From UHGV virus genome UHGV-0133195: 31,518 bases of DNA. One strand, written 5' to 3'. Made by a program: the position numbers and the translations under genes. The notes under the pieces are model-generated. The model was not told the origin of the DNA and did not search any database. It worked only from the letters and a program-made list of their open reading frames with translations. Source of the DNA: a virus. This document shows positions 8,637-18,483 of this stretch, in pieces (position 1 is the stretch's first letter; each line of letters opens with the position of its first letter).

Positions 8637-8903
8637 TTATGCCGTCTGACCGTTGAGCAGGTCCAGCGCGAATTGACGTTCTTCCGGCTTGAGCCGGTCA
8701 ATCAGGAATTTAACCAGCTTGTTACCGGTCAGCCCGCTGGGGCTGAGAGTATGTGAAAACTGGGCGTTAAAAACAAAGGTGTGGCCGCATTCCACTTCCG
8801 TGCAGGCGCAGTATAAATCGGCCAGTTTTTTATCTTTCCAGTCAGATTTGCGAATGATGGCCGGTGAGCCGCATTCAGGACATTTAATTTTAAAAACTCG
8901 CAT
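8637..8903 (-). CDS. Ogr/Delta-family zinc-finger late transcription activator, putative
   Basis: CPEC ... CACTEVECGHTF spacing resembles P2 Ogr (CPLC ... CQNVNCSATF, recalled); start taken at ATG 8903 (MRVFKIKCPEC); the track ORF extends to 8963. Confidence 0.65.
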   Translation of the reverse strand: MRVFKIKCPECGSPAIIRKSDWKDKKLADLYCACTEVECGHTFVFNAQFSHTLSPSGLTGNKLVKFLIDRLKPEERQFALDLLNGQTA

Positions 8904-8959
8904 GTTCACCATCCCGCACGCCATTGCTAACAATGGGGATGATTTTAACTTAATTGCGC

Positions 8960-10021
8960 TCATTTTTCGCCCTTTTCGGCGGTAATTGCCGGGATATCCA
9001 CGTCAAAAACCAGGTGCAAATGTGGGGGGATCTCCGGGTCATTGTTGACGCCGTTCATTAGTTTGCGTTGCAACGGGATAACCTCATCCTTGCGATAGGT
9101 TGCGCGGGCCGTTTCAGGGTTGCCCATTATCGCGCCGTTGGTCGGGATAATACCCGCCAGACCTGCGGGGAAGCGGTGAGCTGTAAAGATATCCTGCGCG
9201 GTGATCCCTTTGATGTTGGCAAATTCATCCTTTGCGCTGACTTCGCCCACTGGCATGATTTTAACCCCTTCCGGGTCGCCCTTCGGGATGTTGATAAACA
9301 TATTGCGGAAGTTACCCAGCCCTTTGGACTGGGCGATCTTCTCTTTGATTTCGTTTTCCATTTCCAGCGTGAGATTGGGATCGCTGGTATAGAGAATAAA
9401 GCCCATGTGCGCCCCGTTATTGTAGTAACGGCGTCGGAAGATGGTTGCCTCACTGTTGAGTAACACCGAATGGATGCCGCCGATATAGTCAGGCAGGCCA
9501 TATACCTGCTGGCGCGGGTCGTACATTTTAAAGAAGACGATGTCTTCCGGGTCATAAATAAGCGCTGGCCCTTCCTGCAGGACAGCAAACGAGCCGTCTT
9601 TCCGGCAGCGCAGATACAGCGACGGCAGCGGCAGCAGGTCGATCACTTCCCCGAATACGTTACGAATTTTCAGGATAGCGACGTCACCAAACAGCAGGTA
9701 ATCAAAGACAGCCTGTTCGACCTGGTCAGGCGTCAGGCCGCCGCCGATATAGCCACCGGCCACCATATTGCGCCGCGCATACAGCACCCCGCCGTGTTGG
9801 CCGTTAAGGTTCGGCAACTGGGCCAGCGCCAGGCGATCAATCGGGAGTCGCCAGTGGTCATACTCATTGTCATACCAGATATTGTGATAATCAGTGCCGG
9901 TCGTCAGGATGGGTTCGGGTTCGCCAAATGTGATCACGCTTCCGCGCCCTGGCGTGAAGGATTCAACCTTGCTGCCGGTCATGGACCTGAATTTTTTATT
10001 ATTACGCTGTTTCTTTGTCAT
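8960..10021 (-). CDS. Q: Portal protein (P2 gpQ-like)
   Basis: 353-aa protein immediately downstream of and overlapping the terminase ATPase gene on the minus strand, in the P2-type Q-P arrangement divergent from the capsid operon. Confidence 0.8.
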   Translation of the reverse strand: MTKKQRNNKKFRSMTGSKVESFTPGRGSVITFGEPEPILTTGTDYHNIWYDNEYDHWRLPIDRLALAQLPNLNGQHGGVLYARRNMVAGGYIGGGLTPDQVEQAVFDYLLFGDVAILKIRNVFGEVIDLLPLPSLYLRCRKDGSFAVLQEGPALIYDPEDIVFFKMYDPRQQVYGLPDYIGGIHSVLLNSEATIFRRRYYNNGAHMGFILYTSDPNLTLEMENEIKEKIAQSKGLGNFRNMFINIPKGDPEGVKIMPVGEVSAKDEFANIKGITAQDIFTAHRFPAGLAGIIPTNGAIMGNPETARATYRKDEVIPLQRKLMNGVNNDPEIPPHLHLVFDVDIPAITAEKGEK

Positions 10022-11829
10022 GCTGCTTTCCCAAAGTACCAGCCCGATGGGCGGTCATATTCGTGATCGATAGGTTCGTTAATTACGGCGTGCGAGATAG
10101 CGAAGAAAACATCTGCATGGCCGGTCGCGTCTGAACGTTCGGCAACAAACGTCAGCGCGTTGCCGCTGTTGGTTGTCGTGCGCCGGATAGCCATAAAGCT
10201 GGCCGGAATTTCGACGCGCTCCTTGTTCGTTTCGTCTACGGCGTCTTTTGCCCATTCGATGCGCTTACGCTCGACAACGTCGATCATCTTCATCACCAGG
10301 CGGTTTTTGCTTTCGACGCTGTAAAGAATGGGTGTGGCTTCGCGTGGCGCAAATTTGCTGACAAGGTCATAAACGCCTTTACCTATGCCGGTTGTATCGA
10401 TCCCGATGTAAGTGATGTTAAAGCGGCGCATAAGCTGCTTTATCTGGTCGGCCTGCCAGCTGAAGTTAAAACCCTGCCATTGCCAGACGGCCAGCACGCG
10501 GAAGCGCTCGCCGTCCTCTACAGGGGGCGCGATTAACACAAATGTTGAGTTGTCGCCGGAGCGCGACGGGTCAAAACCTGCCCATACTTCGCGATTGCCG
10601 AAGGGCCGCGCAGCGGTCAGATCAAAGTCGCCCCATGTGGCCCGGTCCACTTCACAGCCGACAAGCGCGGAGAACTTGAAAACCGCGTCCTTACTGTCAA
10701 CAAACTGGCACATGTAGAGCATGGCGAACGCGGTCGGGTTGTATTTGTTGCGCAGCCGTTCAATATCGACAAGCGCCCCGAGGCCGCCTTCGATAGCGTC
10801 TTCCATCGTGATGATGTAGCGCCAGATCTGGTCCGGGCAAAGAATGCCCTGTCGCATTTCGCTTTCGTTCGGGAACTTCACACCTTTGCGTTTCGGGTCG
10901 TCCCCGCGCCAGGCTTCGCCAGTCCAGACCGGGTAAGCCTGGTGCGTTTTCGCGCTGGGCGTCGAAAAGTAGGTCGTGCGGTATTTGTTATGCGTTGCCA
11001 TTGCGCTGGCAACTTCATGCAGGCGCGTGAATTTCGGGATCCAGAAAACCTCATCGCCATACAGGTGGCCGTTAAAGCCCTGTGAGGTACTGGCGTTCGT
11101 GGACAAAAAGCGCAGTATTGCGCCGTTACTGAGGCGGATATTTTTACCCGTCAGCGTCACGCCGAAATGGTTCTGGGCGATCTGGACGATGTATTCGCGG
11201 AAGATTTCCGACTGGGATCGGCTTGCGGAGAAAAAGACCTGGTTATCACCGGTAATGACGGCGTCTTCAAATGCTTCCCAGGCGAAATAATAGGTCATAC
11301 CCACCTGGCGGCTTTTCAGAATGAAGCGCCAGTCTTCGCCTTTATGTTCGCGGCAGTGCAGCTGGTACTCGAAGAGATGTTCCTGCGCCCAGGTGTCGAG
11401 CATTTCCGCTGTAATACCGGAAACGTCGTTTTTCTTATACCGGCGCTTTCTTTCCCCTGGTTCCCCGCCTGCGCTGCTGAGGCAGTACCCTTCACCATCA
11501 TAAGCCGCTTTCTGGGCCTGAATTTCTGCCAGCTTTTCGGCGTGCTTGTTGCGCTGCGCCATGAGTTTCACATGGTGAGCAATCAGATCGCGCAGTTCTT
11601 CCAGTTCCAGCGCTGTTTTTTTCTCGCGGCGGGAGAGCTGGTCGATACGGCGGGCGATGACATTTTCCACCGATTCAACAGGCAGCAGTGATGCCCACTT
11701 CCCGACATCAGCCCAGTGGTAAATTGTACGCGGTGGAATATTCAGTTCCTGCGCAATATCTTTCGGCGTCCAGCTTTTTATATAAAGCGTGCGGGCCGCT
11801 TCTTTTAATTCATCGGAATATTTAGCCAT
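10018..11829 (-). CDS. P: Terminase large (ATPase) subunit (P2 gpP-like)
   Basis: 603 aa; N-terminal HTH-like region and ATPase core (KSRQVGMTYYFAWEAFEDAV); transcribed divergently from the scaffold gene. Confidence 0.85.
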   Translation of the reverse strand: MAKYSDELKEAARTLYIKSWTPKDIAQELNIPPRTIYHWADVGKWASLLPVESVENVIARRIDQLSRREKKTALELEELRDLIAHHVKLMAQRNKHAEKLAEIQAQKAAYDGEGYCLSSAGGEPGERKRRYKKNDVSGITAEMLDTWAQEHLFEYQLHCREHKGEDWRFILKSRQVGMTYYFAWEAFEDAVITGDNQVFFSASRSQSEIFREYIVQIAQNHFGVTLTGKNIRLSNGAILRFLSTNASTSQGFNGHLYGDEVFWIPKFTRLHEVASAMATHNKYRTTYFSTPSAKTHQAYPVWTGEAWRGDDPKRKGVKFPNESEMRQGILCPDQIWRYIITMEDAIEGGLGALVDIERLRNKYNPTAFAMLYMCQFVDSKDAVFKFSALVGCEVDRATWGDFDLTAARPFGNREVWAGFDPSRSGDNSTFVLIAPPVEDGERFRVLAVWQWQGFNFSWQADQIKQLMRRFNITYIGIDTTGIGKGVYDLVSKFAPREATPILYSVESKNRLVMKMIDVVERKRIEWAKDAVDETNKERVEIPASFMAIRRTTTNSGNALTFVAERSDATGHADVFFAISHAVINEPIDHEYDRPSGWYFGKAA

Positions 11830-12005
11830 GCGGCTATTATGGCGGGATTATTTTGCAGAATTGATAATTAAATATCGGTAAAAAGTGGCTAACAATTTAT
11901 AACCGAATACATAAGAAATAAAGCGGTCGCGCTGTTTTAATCAATTCGCAATACTGACCACCACAAACGAATCATTGTTATTAAATTCATTATTAAAGGT
12001 CAGTT

Positions 12006-13067
12006 ATGCCGCAATCTCATTACCGCACGGATTGGCTATGTATTGCCACATCTGGAAAGGCTGTGGACGGTCGCACCATTGAACCGCAATGGTTGATTGA
12101 TGCGGCAGAAACCTACACCCGCAAAACCTACACGGCCATGATTTGGCCGCACCATCCGCAATGTGATATCAGCGAACGTGAATTTACCTGCAATCTGGGG
12201 GAAGTGGACGCGCTGAAAGTGGAAACGGAAGGTGATGTCACGAAGTTATATGCCCAGTTAATCCCAAATCAATTTTTAATTGAAGCCAATCGGCAGGGGC
12301 AAAAGTTATTTACGTCAGCAGAATTTGTCACTGATTTTGCAGGCAGTGGTCGTGAATATCTTTTTGGGCTGGCTGTGACGGATATTCCGGCAAGTCTGGG
12401 AACGGAAAAACTTAAATTCGTTTTAGCCGGTGAAGAAAAGGACGCCGAGCGCGGGAGTCTGGAAACATTCAGTTTAGGAAAATTACAGACAAGCAAACCG
12501 GATAAAAAAAATTCTTTCTGGTCGCGTTTATTTTCGGCCAGTAAAGATTTTACGCCAACCCCAGAGCCAAACACTGACAAGCCCACCGAGGGCGACGGAG
12601 AAAAAATGGAAGAATTAAAAGCGCTCATTCAGCAAATGCTGGATCTGCTTAAAAGCGGTAAAGACGCCGCAACGGGTGATGCTGACACGGTTGATACCCC
12701 GGAACAGGCCGCTGATGTGGTGGCAGACGTTGCCGCCCAGATCGCTGATGCTGCCGACGAGGTGGCCGAGCTGGCGCAGGACGTTATCGAAAACCCGGAA
12801 GACGAAGTCAAAGCGGAAGAATTCAGCGCCGCCAAAGCCAACCTGGCAAAAGTCATGAAGTCATTCAATGTGACGCCAGCGAAGCGCCCACGCGCCAGCC
12901 GTCGCCGTGACTTTTCCGCCCGTCGCCAGCCAGCTGGCAACCAGATGGACAACCTGACCACGCAGCTGACTACCGTCCTGACCAAGTTGTCAGCGATGGA
13001 AAACGGCAATACGCGCCGCCCAGGCAGTGCGCCAGGCGGAAGCACAGAACCGTTTGAGTTTGTTTAA
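12006..13067 (+). CDS. O: Capsid scaffolding protein (P2 gpO-like)
   Basis: First gene of the rightward head operon; acidic Ala/Glu/Asp-rich central region typical of scaffold proteins; precedes the major capsid gene. Confidence 0.75.
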   Translation: MPQSHYRTDWLCIATSGKAVDGRTIEPQWLIDAAETYTRKTYTAMIWPHHPQCDISEREFTCNLGEVDALKVETEGDVTKLYAQLIPNQFLIEANRQGQKLFTSAEFVTDFAGSGREYLFGLAVTDIPASLGTEKLKFVLAGEEKDAERGSLETFSLGKLQTSKPDKKNSFWSRLFSASKDFTPTPEPNTDKPTEGDGEKMEELKALIQQMLDLLKSGKDAATGDADTVDTPEQAADVVADVAAQIADAADEVAELAQDVIENPEDEVKAEEFSAAKANLAKVMKSFNVTPAKRPRASRRRDFSARRQPAGNQMDNLTTQLTTVLTKLSAMENGNTRRPGSAPGGSTEPFEFV

Positions 13068-13095
13068 CAGCCATTCTTTTCAGGAATAAAAGATT

Positions 13096-14118
13096 ATGCA
13101 ATTAACCCCAAAAGCAGAGCAGATGCTGCGTAAGTTTGCCGCAGGCCTGGCGAAAGCTAACGGCCAGGTGGACACGTCGCGCTACTTCTCGCTGACAAAT
13201 CCGAAAGAAACCCAGCTGCGCAATGCCCTGTTGCAACAGTCTGAGTTCCTGCGCCTGCTGCCTAACGTGCTGGATGTGGACCAGATCACCGGCCAGGTGG
13301 TCAGTACCGGTAAACCGGGTATTTATACCGGGCGCAAAAAGGACGGTCGTTTCTCCCGCCCCCTGGGTGTTACCGGGAATGAATACAAGCTGGTAGAAAC
13401 GGATTCCGGTTCGTATTTGCCTTATTCCCTGCTGGTTGTCTGGGCGAACGCGGGCAGTGAAGAGGAGTTCTTCCAGCGTATTCAGGCATTCAGCAACGAA
13501 TCATTCGCGCTGGATATGCTGCGCGTGGCGTTCAACGGTACGAGTGTTGCAGAAGATACAGACCCGGAAACCAACCCGAACGGTGAAGACGTTAACATCG
13601 GCTGGCACCAAATCGTTAAGGCCCGTTCGTCTGAGCAGATTATTTCTGATGCCGTCACTATCGGCGCGTCGGGTGCTGACTTTATTGGTCTGGATGCGGC
13701 TGTCACTGACCTGGTGCACACCTGCATTTATGAGCCATTCCGCAATGACCCGCGCCTGGTTGTGCTGGCTTCCGCTGACCTTATCGGCAACGACGCCACC
13801 ACCATGATGAATAAGATTGATCGCCCGACTGAGAAAGTCGCCGCGCAGCTTATTGGCCGCCAGATTGCTGGCCGTACCGTGTACACCCCGCCGTTTATGC
13901 CGGAGGGTCGTCTTATCGTCACTACGCTGGACAACCTGCATATCTATACCCAGCAGGGAACACGTAAGCGTAAAGCGGAATGGAACGACGACCGCAAGCG
14001 CTTCGAGAATAACTATCTGCGCATGGAAGGTTACGGCGTCGAGCATGACGAGCTGTATGCGGCATTCGACAAAATCACCCTTGCGACCGGCGAAGTTGCA
14101 CCGGGAGGGGGCGCGTAA
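13096..14118 (+). CDS. N: Major capsid protein (P2 gpN-like)
   Basis: 340-aa protein between scaffold and small terminase genes in P2 order. Confidence 0.8.
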   Translation: MQLTPKAEQMLRKFAAGLAKANGQVDTSRYFSLTNPKETQLRNALLQQSEFLRLLPNVLDVDQITGQVVSTGKPGIYTGRKKDGRFSRPLGVTGNEYKLVETDSGSYLPYSLLVVWANAGSEEEFFQRIQAFSNESFALDMLRVAFNGTSVAEDTDPETNPNGEDVNIGWHQIVKARSSEQIISDAVTIGASGADFIGLDAAVTDLVHTCIYEPFRNDPRLVVLASADLIGNDATTMMNKIDRPTEKVAAQLIGRQIAGRTVYTPPFMPEGRLIVTTLDNLHIYTQQGTRKRKAEWNDDRKRFENNYLRMEGYGVEHDELYAAFDKITLATGEVAPGGGA

Positions 14119-14120
14119 AA

Positions 14121-14822
14121 ATGGCCATGACCCCGTGTCAGCGACACCGAGCACGCGTGAAAGCCGCAAAGGCGCTGGATAAGTGCGAAGCCCTGACGGC
14201 ATCGCCGGTCAGCTTTCACATTCAAATGCTGGAGCTGGAAAGGGATGTTGAACGGCTTCGCAGTCTGACGCGTGCAGAACGCATCGACATGAAGCGCGAC
14301 GTTCTTTTGCCGCGCTGGATGCCGACCGTCGAGGCATATCTCGCCGGTGATGCCCGCTTTGCCAATCCGGCCCTGGTTTACTGCGTGATCTGGCTGTTCG
14401 ATACGGGGGAAATGGGCAAGGCGCTGGACTGGGCGGACGTGGCTATCAGTGAGAGCCAGGCCACGCCGGAAAACTTTAAAAGCAACCTGCCTGCCTTTGT
14501 GGCCGACACGGTGCTGGAGTGGGCGATCATGCAGGCGGAAGCCGGTCACAGTATCGAACCCTATTTCAGCCGCACGTTTGAAAACATCCGCGAAAAGTGG
14601 CGTTTGCATGAAGACATTAACGCGAAGTGGTTCAAGTTCGCCGGTCTTTACCTGCTGCGCGACGAGAAGGGGCAGCCGCGTGCCACTGCCGTGGATGATG
14701 TGAACACGCTGGAGCAGGCCGACGCCCTGCTGGCCCAGGCGGCGGCGTACAACAAAAACGCCGGAGTTAAGACCATGCGCGAAAAAATCCGCGCCCGGAT
14801 TAACGGCCTGACCCAGCTTTAA
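14121..14822 (+). CDS. M: Terminase small / endonuclease subunit (P2 gpM-like)
   Basis: 233 aa; position after the capsid gene and before head completion matches P2 gpM. Confidence 0.75.
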   Translation: MAMTPCQRHRARVKAAKALDKCEALTASPVSFHIQMLELERDVERLRSLTRAERIDMKRDVLLPRWMPTVEAYLAGDARFANPALVYCVIWLFDTGEMGKALDWADVAISESQATPENFKSNLPAFVADTVLEWAIMQAEAGHSIEPYFSRTFENIREKWRLHEDINAKWFKFAGLYLLRDEKGQPRATAVDDVNTLEQADALLAQAAAYNKNAGVKTMREKIRARINGLTQL

Positions 14823-14924
14823 CGACTCCCGCAAGCCGGGACGGGCGCGGGGGAGGTATCAACCATACGGTTGTTGGCCGTGGAACCCGTTAGCCCGTTT
14901 CTATTGCAAAACCGAGGTACGCCA

Positions 14925-15398
14925 ATGAGTGGCCCAAGTTTCAGTATCAGCGGCAAGCCGGTGACGGTGACACCAACAGCGATCACCAACGGCGTGACAT
15001 TCTGGCCCGATCTCGATCTGGCCGAGTTTCAGAAGGTGCGCACGCTGCCCGCTGATCTGCCGCCAGAAACCGCAGGCGTGGCCCTGCTGGCTGCTATTGC
15101 GGAGGTAAACGACGCGCTGGCCGACGTGGTGACGTACTGGAACGCGAAAGCCTGCGAGCGGGCCGCAGATGTACCGGGTGCAAAGATGGGCGACGAAACC
15201 CAGTTAACAGCCCAGTACAAAAAAGCGGTCTACGCCCGCGCAAAGGCCGATTTACTGGGGGAATTCGCCACCATCGGGCGGCGTGAATCGCATCCGGGGC
15301 AGGAAAGCCAGGACACCCGCGCCAGCCTGCTGGCCGAGGCGGCCAATGTGATGCGAAACATGCTGCGACAACCACGCGTGGGGGTGCATCTGATATGA
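14925..15398 (+). CDS. L: Head completion / stabilisation protein (P2 gpL-like)
   Basis: ATG at 14925 with GAGGT Shine-Dalgarno upstream (the track ORF begins at 14871); position after the small terminase gene. Confidence 0.65.
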   Translation: MSGPSFSISGKPVTVTPTAITNGVTFWPDLDLAEFQKVRTLPADLPPETAGVALLAAIAEVNDALADVVTYWNAKACERAADVPGAKMGDETQLTAQYKKAVYARAKADLLGEFATIGRRESHPGQESQDTRASLLAEAANVMRNMLRQPRVGVHLI

Positions 15399-15871
15399 GC
15401 CAGCTTGAAAGCCTGACGGCGTTTATTACGGCAAATCTGCCGCCTGATGCCATGCAGATGTTTTCCAGTTCAATGGAGGATTGCGAGCTGGTACGCAACG
15501 CCAAAGCGCTGGGGAACAACCAGCGCCGGATCGGAGTACTGACTTACACCGCCCGTTTGTCGTGGGATGACTTCCCCTACCGCAAATATTCGCCGGGGCT
15601 GATTTATGCCCTGGTGCTGGCCTGGGTGGATGAGTTCGCCAACGAGCTGCGCGACGAACTGAAGTTAGCCGATCCCACCGTGGACCCGGAGTTCGACGAC
15701 GAAGGGGCATGCATTCTGGATGTGGTTGTCCCGCTGGTTGATCCGCTGGTCCTGCGTGAAGTGGAAAAAGGGCCGATCCCTTTCAAGGGCAAGAAATGGG
15801 ACATCGTAAACCCCGAAATCTGGGAGGCGTCGCAACTGGAATTTATTGTCCAGCGTGGTGACGCGTCGTGA
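15395..15871 (+). CDS. Tail completion protein, gpR-like (putative)
   Basis: ATGA overlap with the gpL-like stop; size and position between the head and tail modules; assignment by synteny only. Confidence 0.4.
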   Translation: MSQLESLTAFITANLPPDAMQMFSSSMEDCELVRNAKALGNNQRRIGVLTYTARLSWDDFPYRKYSPGLIYALVLAWVDEFANELRDELKLADPTVDPEFDDEGACILDVVVPLVDPLVLREVEKGPIPFKGKKWDIVNPEIWEASQLEFIVQRGDAS

Positions 15872-16563
15872 TCCGTGGGGAGCTGAACCAGCAACAGCTA
15901 AAGCAGATGCGGGAAACGCTGGCAAAAGCTGACCTTCCCCCGCGTAAGCGCCAGCGCCTTTTATGGCGTATTGCAAAGCTGGGCATTGTCGCAGCGGCAA
16001 AACGTCACCAGCGCCAGCAGGCGGCCCCAGACGGTACGCCGTGGGAGCCGCGCAAGCGTGGCAAAGGGAAGATGTTAAAAGGGCTGCCCAAATTGCTGGC
16101 TGTCCGTGAAATGCCGGAGATTCAGGGGGTAAGAATTTACCTCAAGGGCGGGAACTACCGGAACGGGACGAAGCCCATTGCGGCGGGTCTGGTCGGCGCG
16201 GTCCAGCAGGACGGCGCACGGATCCAGATGAAAGCCAGTAACGCCCCGCGTAAGCCGCAGGCTGACAAGCCAGCGCTACCGCGACAGGCCAAGCGTCTGC
16301 GGGCGCTGGGTTACAAAACCCGCAAGGGCAAACGCTGGGTTAAGCCGTCAAGCAAGCAAATCATGGAAACCATGAGCATGGCCCAGGCGGGATTACTGAT
16401 TCGAAAACTGAAAGGCACACCCTCAAAACGCACATGGACCATTGATATTCCTGGGCGCGTTTTTCTGGGGGTGAGCAACGACGAATTTAACCAAATTATT
16501 GCGCGGCAAATGCAGGCAATCGGCTTCGGCTGGGACGTCAACGCGCAGCAAATCAGGGGGTAA
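15868..16563 (+). CDS. Virion morphogenesis / tail completion protein, gpS-like (putative)
   Basis: Coupled to the upstream gene; basic Lys/Arg-rich central region; position before the putative sheath gene. Confidence 0.45.
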   Translation: MIRGELNQQQLKQMRETLAKADLPPRKRQRLLWRIAKLGIVAAAKRHQRQQAAPDGTPWEPRKRGKGKMLKGLPKLLAVREMPEIQGVRIYLKGGNYRNGTKPIAAGLVGAVQQDGARIQMKASNAPRKPQADKPALPRQAKRLRALGYKTRKGKRWVKPSSKQIMETMSMAQAGLLIRKLKGTPSKRTWTIDIPGRVFLGVSNDEFNQIIARQMQAIGFGWDVNAQQIRG

Positions 16564-16565
16564 AA

Positions 16566-17708
16566 ATGACCTGGCCGAATGTCAACGTCAGTCAGAAAAA
16601 CCGCTTCAACGGCACAACGAACGACGTCGAGCGCGTCATCCTCTTTGTGGGTTACGGCGACACTAACATCGGGAAAACCCAGTCGCTGAATACCGACAGC
16701 GATCTGGATAAAGCCCTGGGCGACAAAGACAGCCTGTTAAAAAGCATTGTGGCCGCTGCGGCCAATAACGCCGGTCAGAACTGGTTTGCTTATGTGCACG
16801 TACTGGGGCAACCGGACACGGAAGCCGAGGGCTATAAACCAGACGAGGACTGGATGAACGCGGTCAAACAGGCCCAGAGCGTGGCATCCGTGGAAGGGAT
16901 CCTTCTGGCTTTTGATACCACCGACGCGGCCACCATTAACCGCGCAACGGAAATGCGCGTCACCTTACAGGCCAGTTTTGGGCGTTTTATCTGGTTTGCC
17001 CTTGCTGTGGGCGGGCCGGAAAAGGACGAAGCGTGGAGCGACTATGTGACGCGCCTGGCAACACTCCAGGACGGTATTGCATCGCCTGGGGTGCAACTGG
17101 TCCCGCGTCTGTGGGGCAACGAACCCGGCGTCCTGGTCGGTCGCTTGTGTAACCGTTCGGTGACGGTGGCAGACAGCCCCGCCCGCGTTGCAACCGGCGC
17201 AGTCACCGCGCTGGGGCGCGACGGCCTGCCGGTCGACGGGACGGGGGCAGAAATTGATCTGGCCGTGTTGCAGTCTTTGCAGGCAAACCGCTACAGCGTG
17301 CCGATGTGGTATCACGATTTTGACGGCATCTACTGGGCTGACGGTCGCACCCTGGACGTTGAAGGCGGTGATTATCAGGTGATTGAAAACGTGCGCGTGG
17401 TTGATAAAGCCTCCCGCCGCGTCCGTCTGCGTGCAATCCCCAAAATTGCCGATCGTTCACTGAACAGCACACCGGGCAGCATCGCCGCGCATGAAACCTA
17501 TTTCGGCAAGCCGCTGCGCGAAATGGCGATTTCAACCCAGATCAATGGCGTCGAATTTCCGGGCGAAGTGAAACCACCAAAGGACGGCGATATCACCATC
17601 ACCTGGACCAGTAACGAAGCGGTACAGATTTACCTTGTGGTTCGACCGTATGAGAGCGCGAAAGAAATCGGCGTCAGCATCGAACTGGACACCTCACTGG
17701 AGAGCTAA
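16566..17708 (+). CDS. Tail sheath protein (putative)
   Basis: 380-aa protein immediately upstream of a roughly 150-aa tube-sized protein, with chaperone and tape measure downstream; call by size and synteny. Confidence 0.5.
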   Translation: MTWPNVNVSQKNRFNGTTNDVERVILFVGYGDTNIGKTQSLNTDSDLDKALGDKDSLLKSIVAAAANNAGQNWFAYVHVLGQPDTEAEGYKPDEDWMNAVKQAQSVASVEGILLAFDTTDAATINRATEMRVTLQASFGRFIWFALAVGGPEKDEAWSDYVTRLATLQDGIASPGVQLVPRLWGNEPGVLVGRLCNRSVTVADSPARVATGAVTALGRDGLPVDGTGAEIDLAVLQSLQANRYSVPMWYHDFDGIYWADGRTLDVEGGDYQVIENVRVVDKASRRVRLRAIPKIADRSLNSTPGSIAAHETYFGKPLREMAISTQINGVEFPGEVKPPKDGDITITWTSNEAVQIYLVVRPYESAKEIGVSIELDTSLES

Positions 17709-17711
17709 TCA

Positions 17712-18167
17712 ATGACTGAACGTATTAGCGGTGGATCATTCGATGTGAACTACGACGGCATCATGATTCACGTCGAAAACGCCACCGTCACCATTACGGA
17801 CAACAGCGCGGTAGCACAAACCCGCGGCGTCCCGAACGGCCACACGAAAGGGTCAGTTTCGGCGGATGTGGAAGTCGAAGTCGATTCCCAGAACTTTAAA
17901 AAGTTTACCGCCGTGGCCCGTTCGGCAGGTTCCTGGCGAGCCATTCCGGCAAAGGACTTTTTGTTCTACGCCAACGCCGGGGACGACGAAGAAAAAATCG
18001 AGGTGTTTGGCTGCGTTCCGACGCTGTCTGACATCGTCAACATCAACCCCAACGAGGCCAGCAAAACCACGAAGAAAATTAAATTCATGGTGACAAGCCC
18101 GGACTTTGTCGCGATTGACGGCGTGCCGTACCTGTCAGCCCGTGACACTCGCGATCTGAAAGGCTGA
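17712..18167 (+). CDS. Tail tube protein (putative)
   Basis: 151-aa protein directly after the putative sheath gene; call by size and synteny. Confidence 0.5.
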   Translation: MTERISGGSFDVNYDGIMIHVENATVTITDNSAVAQTRGVPNGHTKGSVSADVEVEVDSQNFKKFTAVARSAGSWRAIPAKDFLFYANAGDDEEKIEVFGCVPTLSDIVNINPNEASKTTKKIKFMVTSPDFVAIDGVPYLSARDTRDLKG

Positions 18168-18171
18168 CACG

Positions 18172-18483
18172 ATGATGAACGGAGAAACGTCACTGCTTGA
18201 AAAGCTGTTGCTTATCGGGGCCGTGATCGGTCTGGGGCAACTGATGGTCAGCAATGAGCGAATCACAACCCGTCTGCTGGTCGGGCGGATGATTCTGGGA
18301 TCTGCGGTCGCACCGCTGGCCGCAATCCCGCTGCTGAAATTCCCCGATATGCCGGAACTGGTCGTCATTGGGCTGGCCTGCGCCCTGGGCATTCTGGGAA
18401 GTGCGTTTATTGAGGCGGGGTTAAAGCGCTGCCTGGACATGTATATCAAGCGATGGGGGAGCAAGCGCAATGAAACTGAGTGA
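18172..18483 (+). CDS. Holin (putative, three predicted transmembrane segments)
   Basis: 103-aa protein with three hydrophobic stretches and a charged C-terminus, directly upstream of and overlapping the endolysin gene. Confidence 0.5.
   Translation: MMNGETSLLEKLLLIGAVIGLGQLMVSNERITTRLLVGRMILGSAVAPLAAIPLLKFPDMPELVVIGLACALGILGSAFIEAGLKRCLDMYIKRWGSKRNETE

Noticed and set aside
11830-12005. Ogr-dependent late-promoter element (TGT-N12-ACA) in the divergent P/O intergenic region
   Set aside because: No exact TGT-N12-ACA dyad found by eye at the expected position; a degenerate site may exist but I cannot support one.
12629-13045. 138-aa minus-strand ORF antisense to the scaffold gene
   Set aside because: Lies within the repetitive acidic region of the scaffold gene; Ser/Ala-rich mirror-frame artefact.
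13501-14834. Minus-strand ORFs of 233 and 267 aa antisense to the capsid and small terminase genes
   Set aside because: Long antisense ORFs are expected in high-GC coding DNA; no start context; the sense-strand genes fit conserved P2 synteny.
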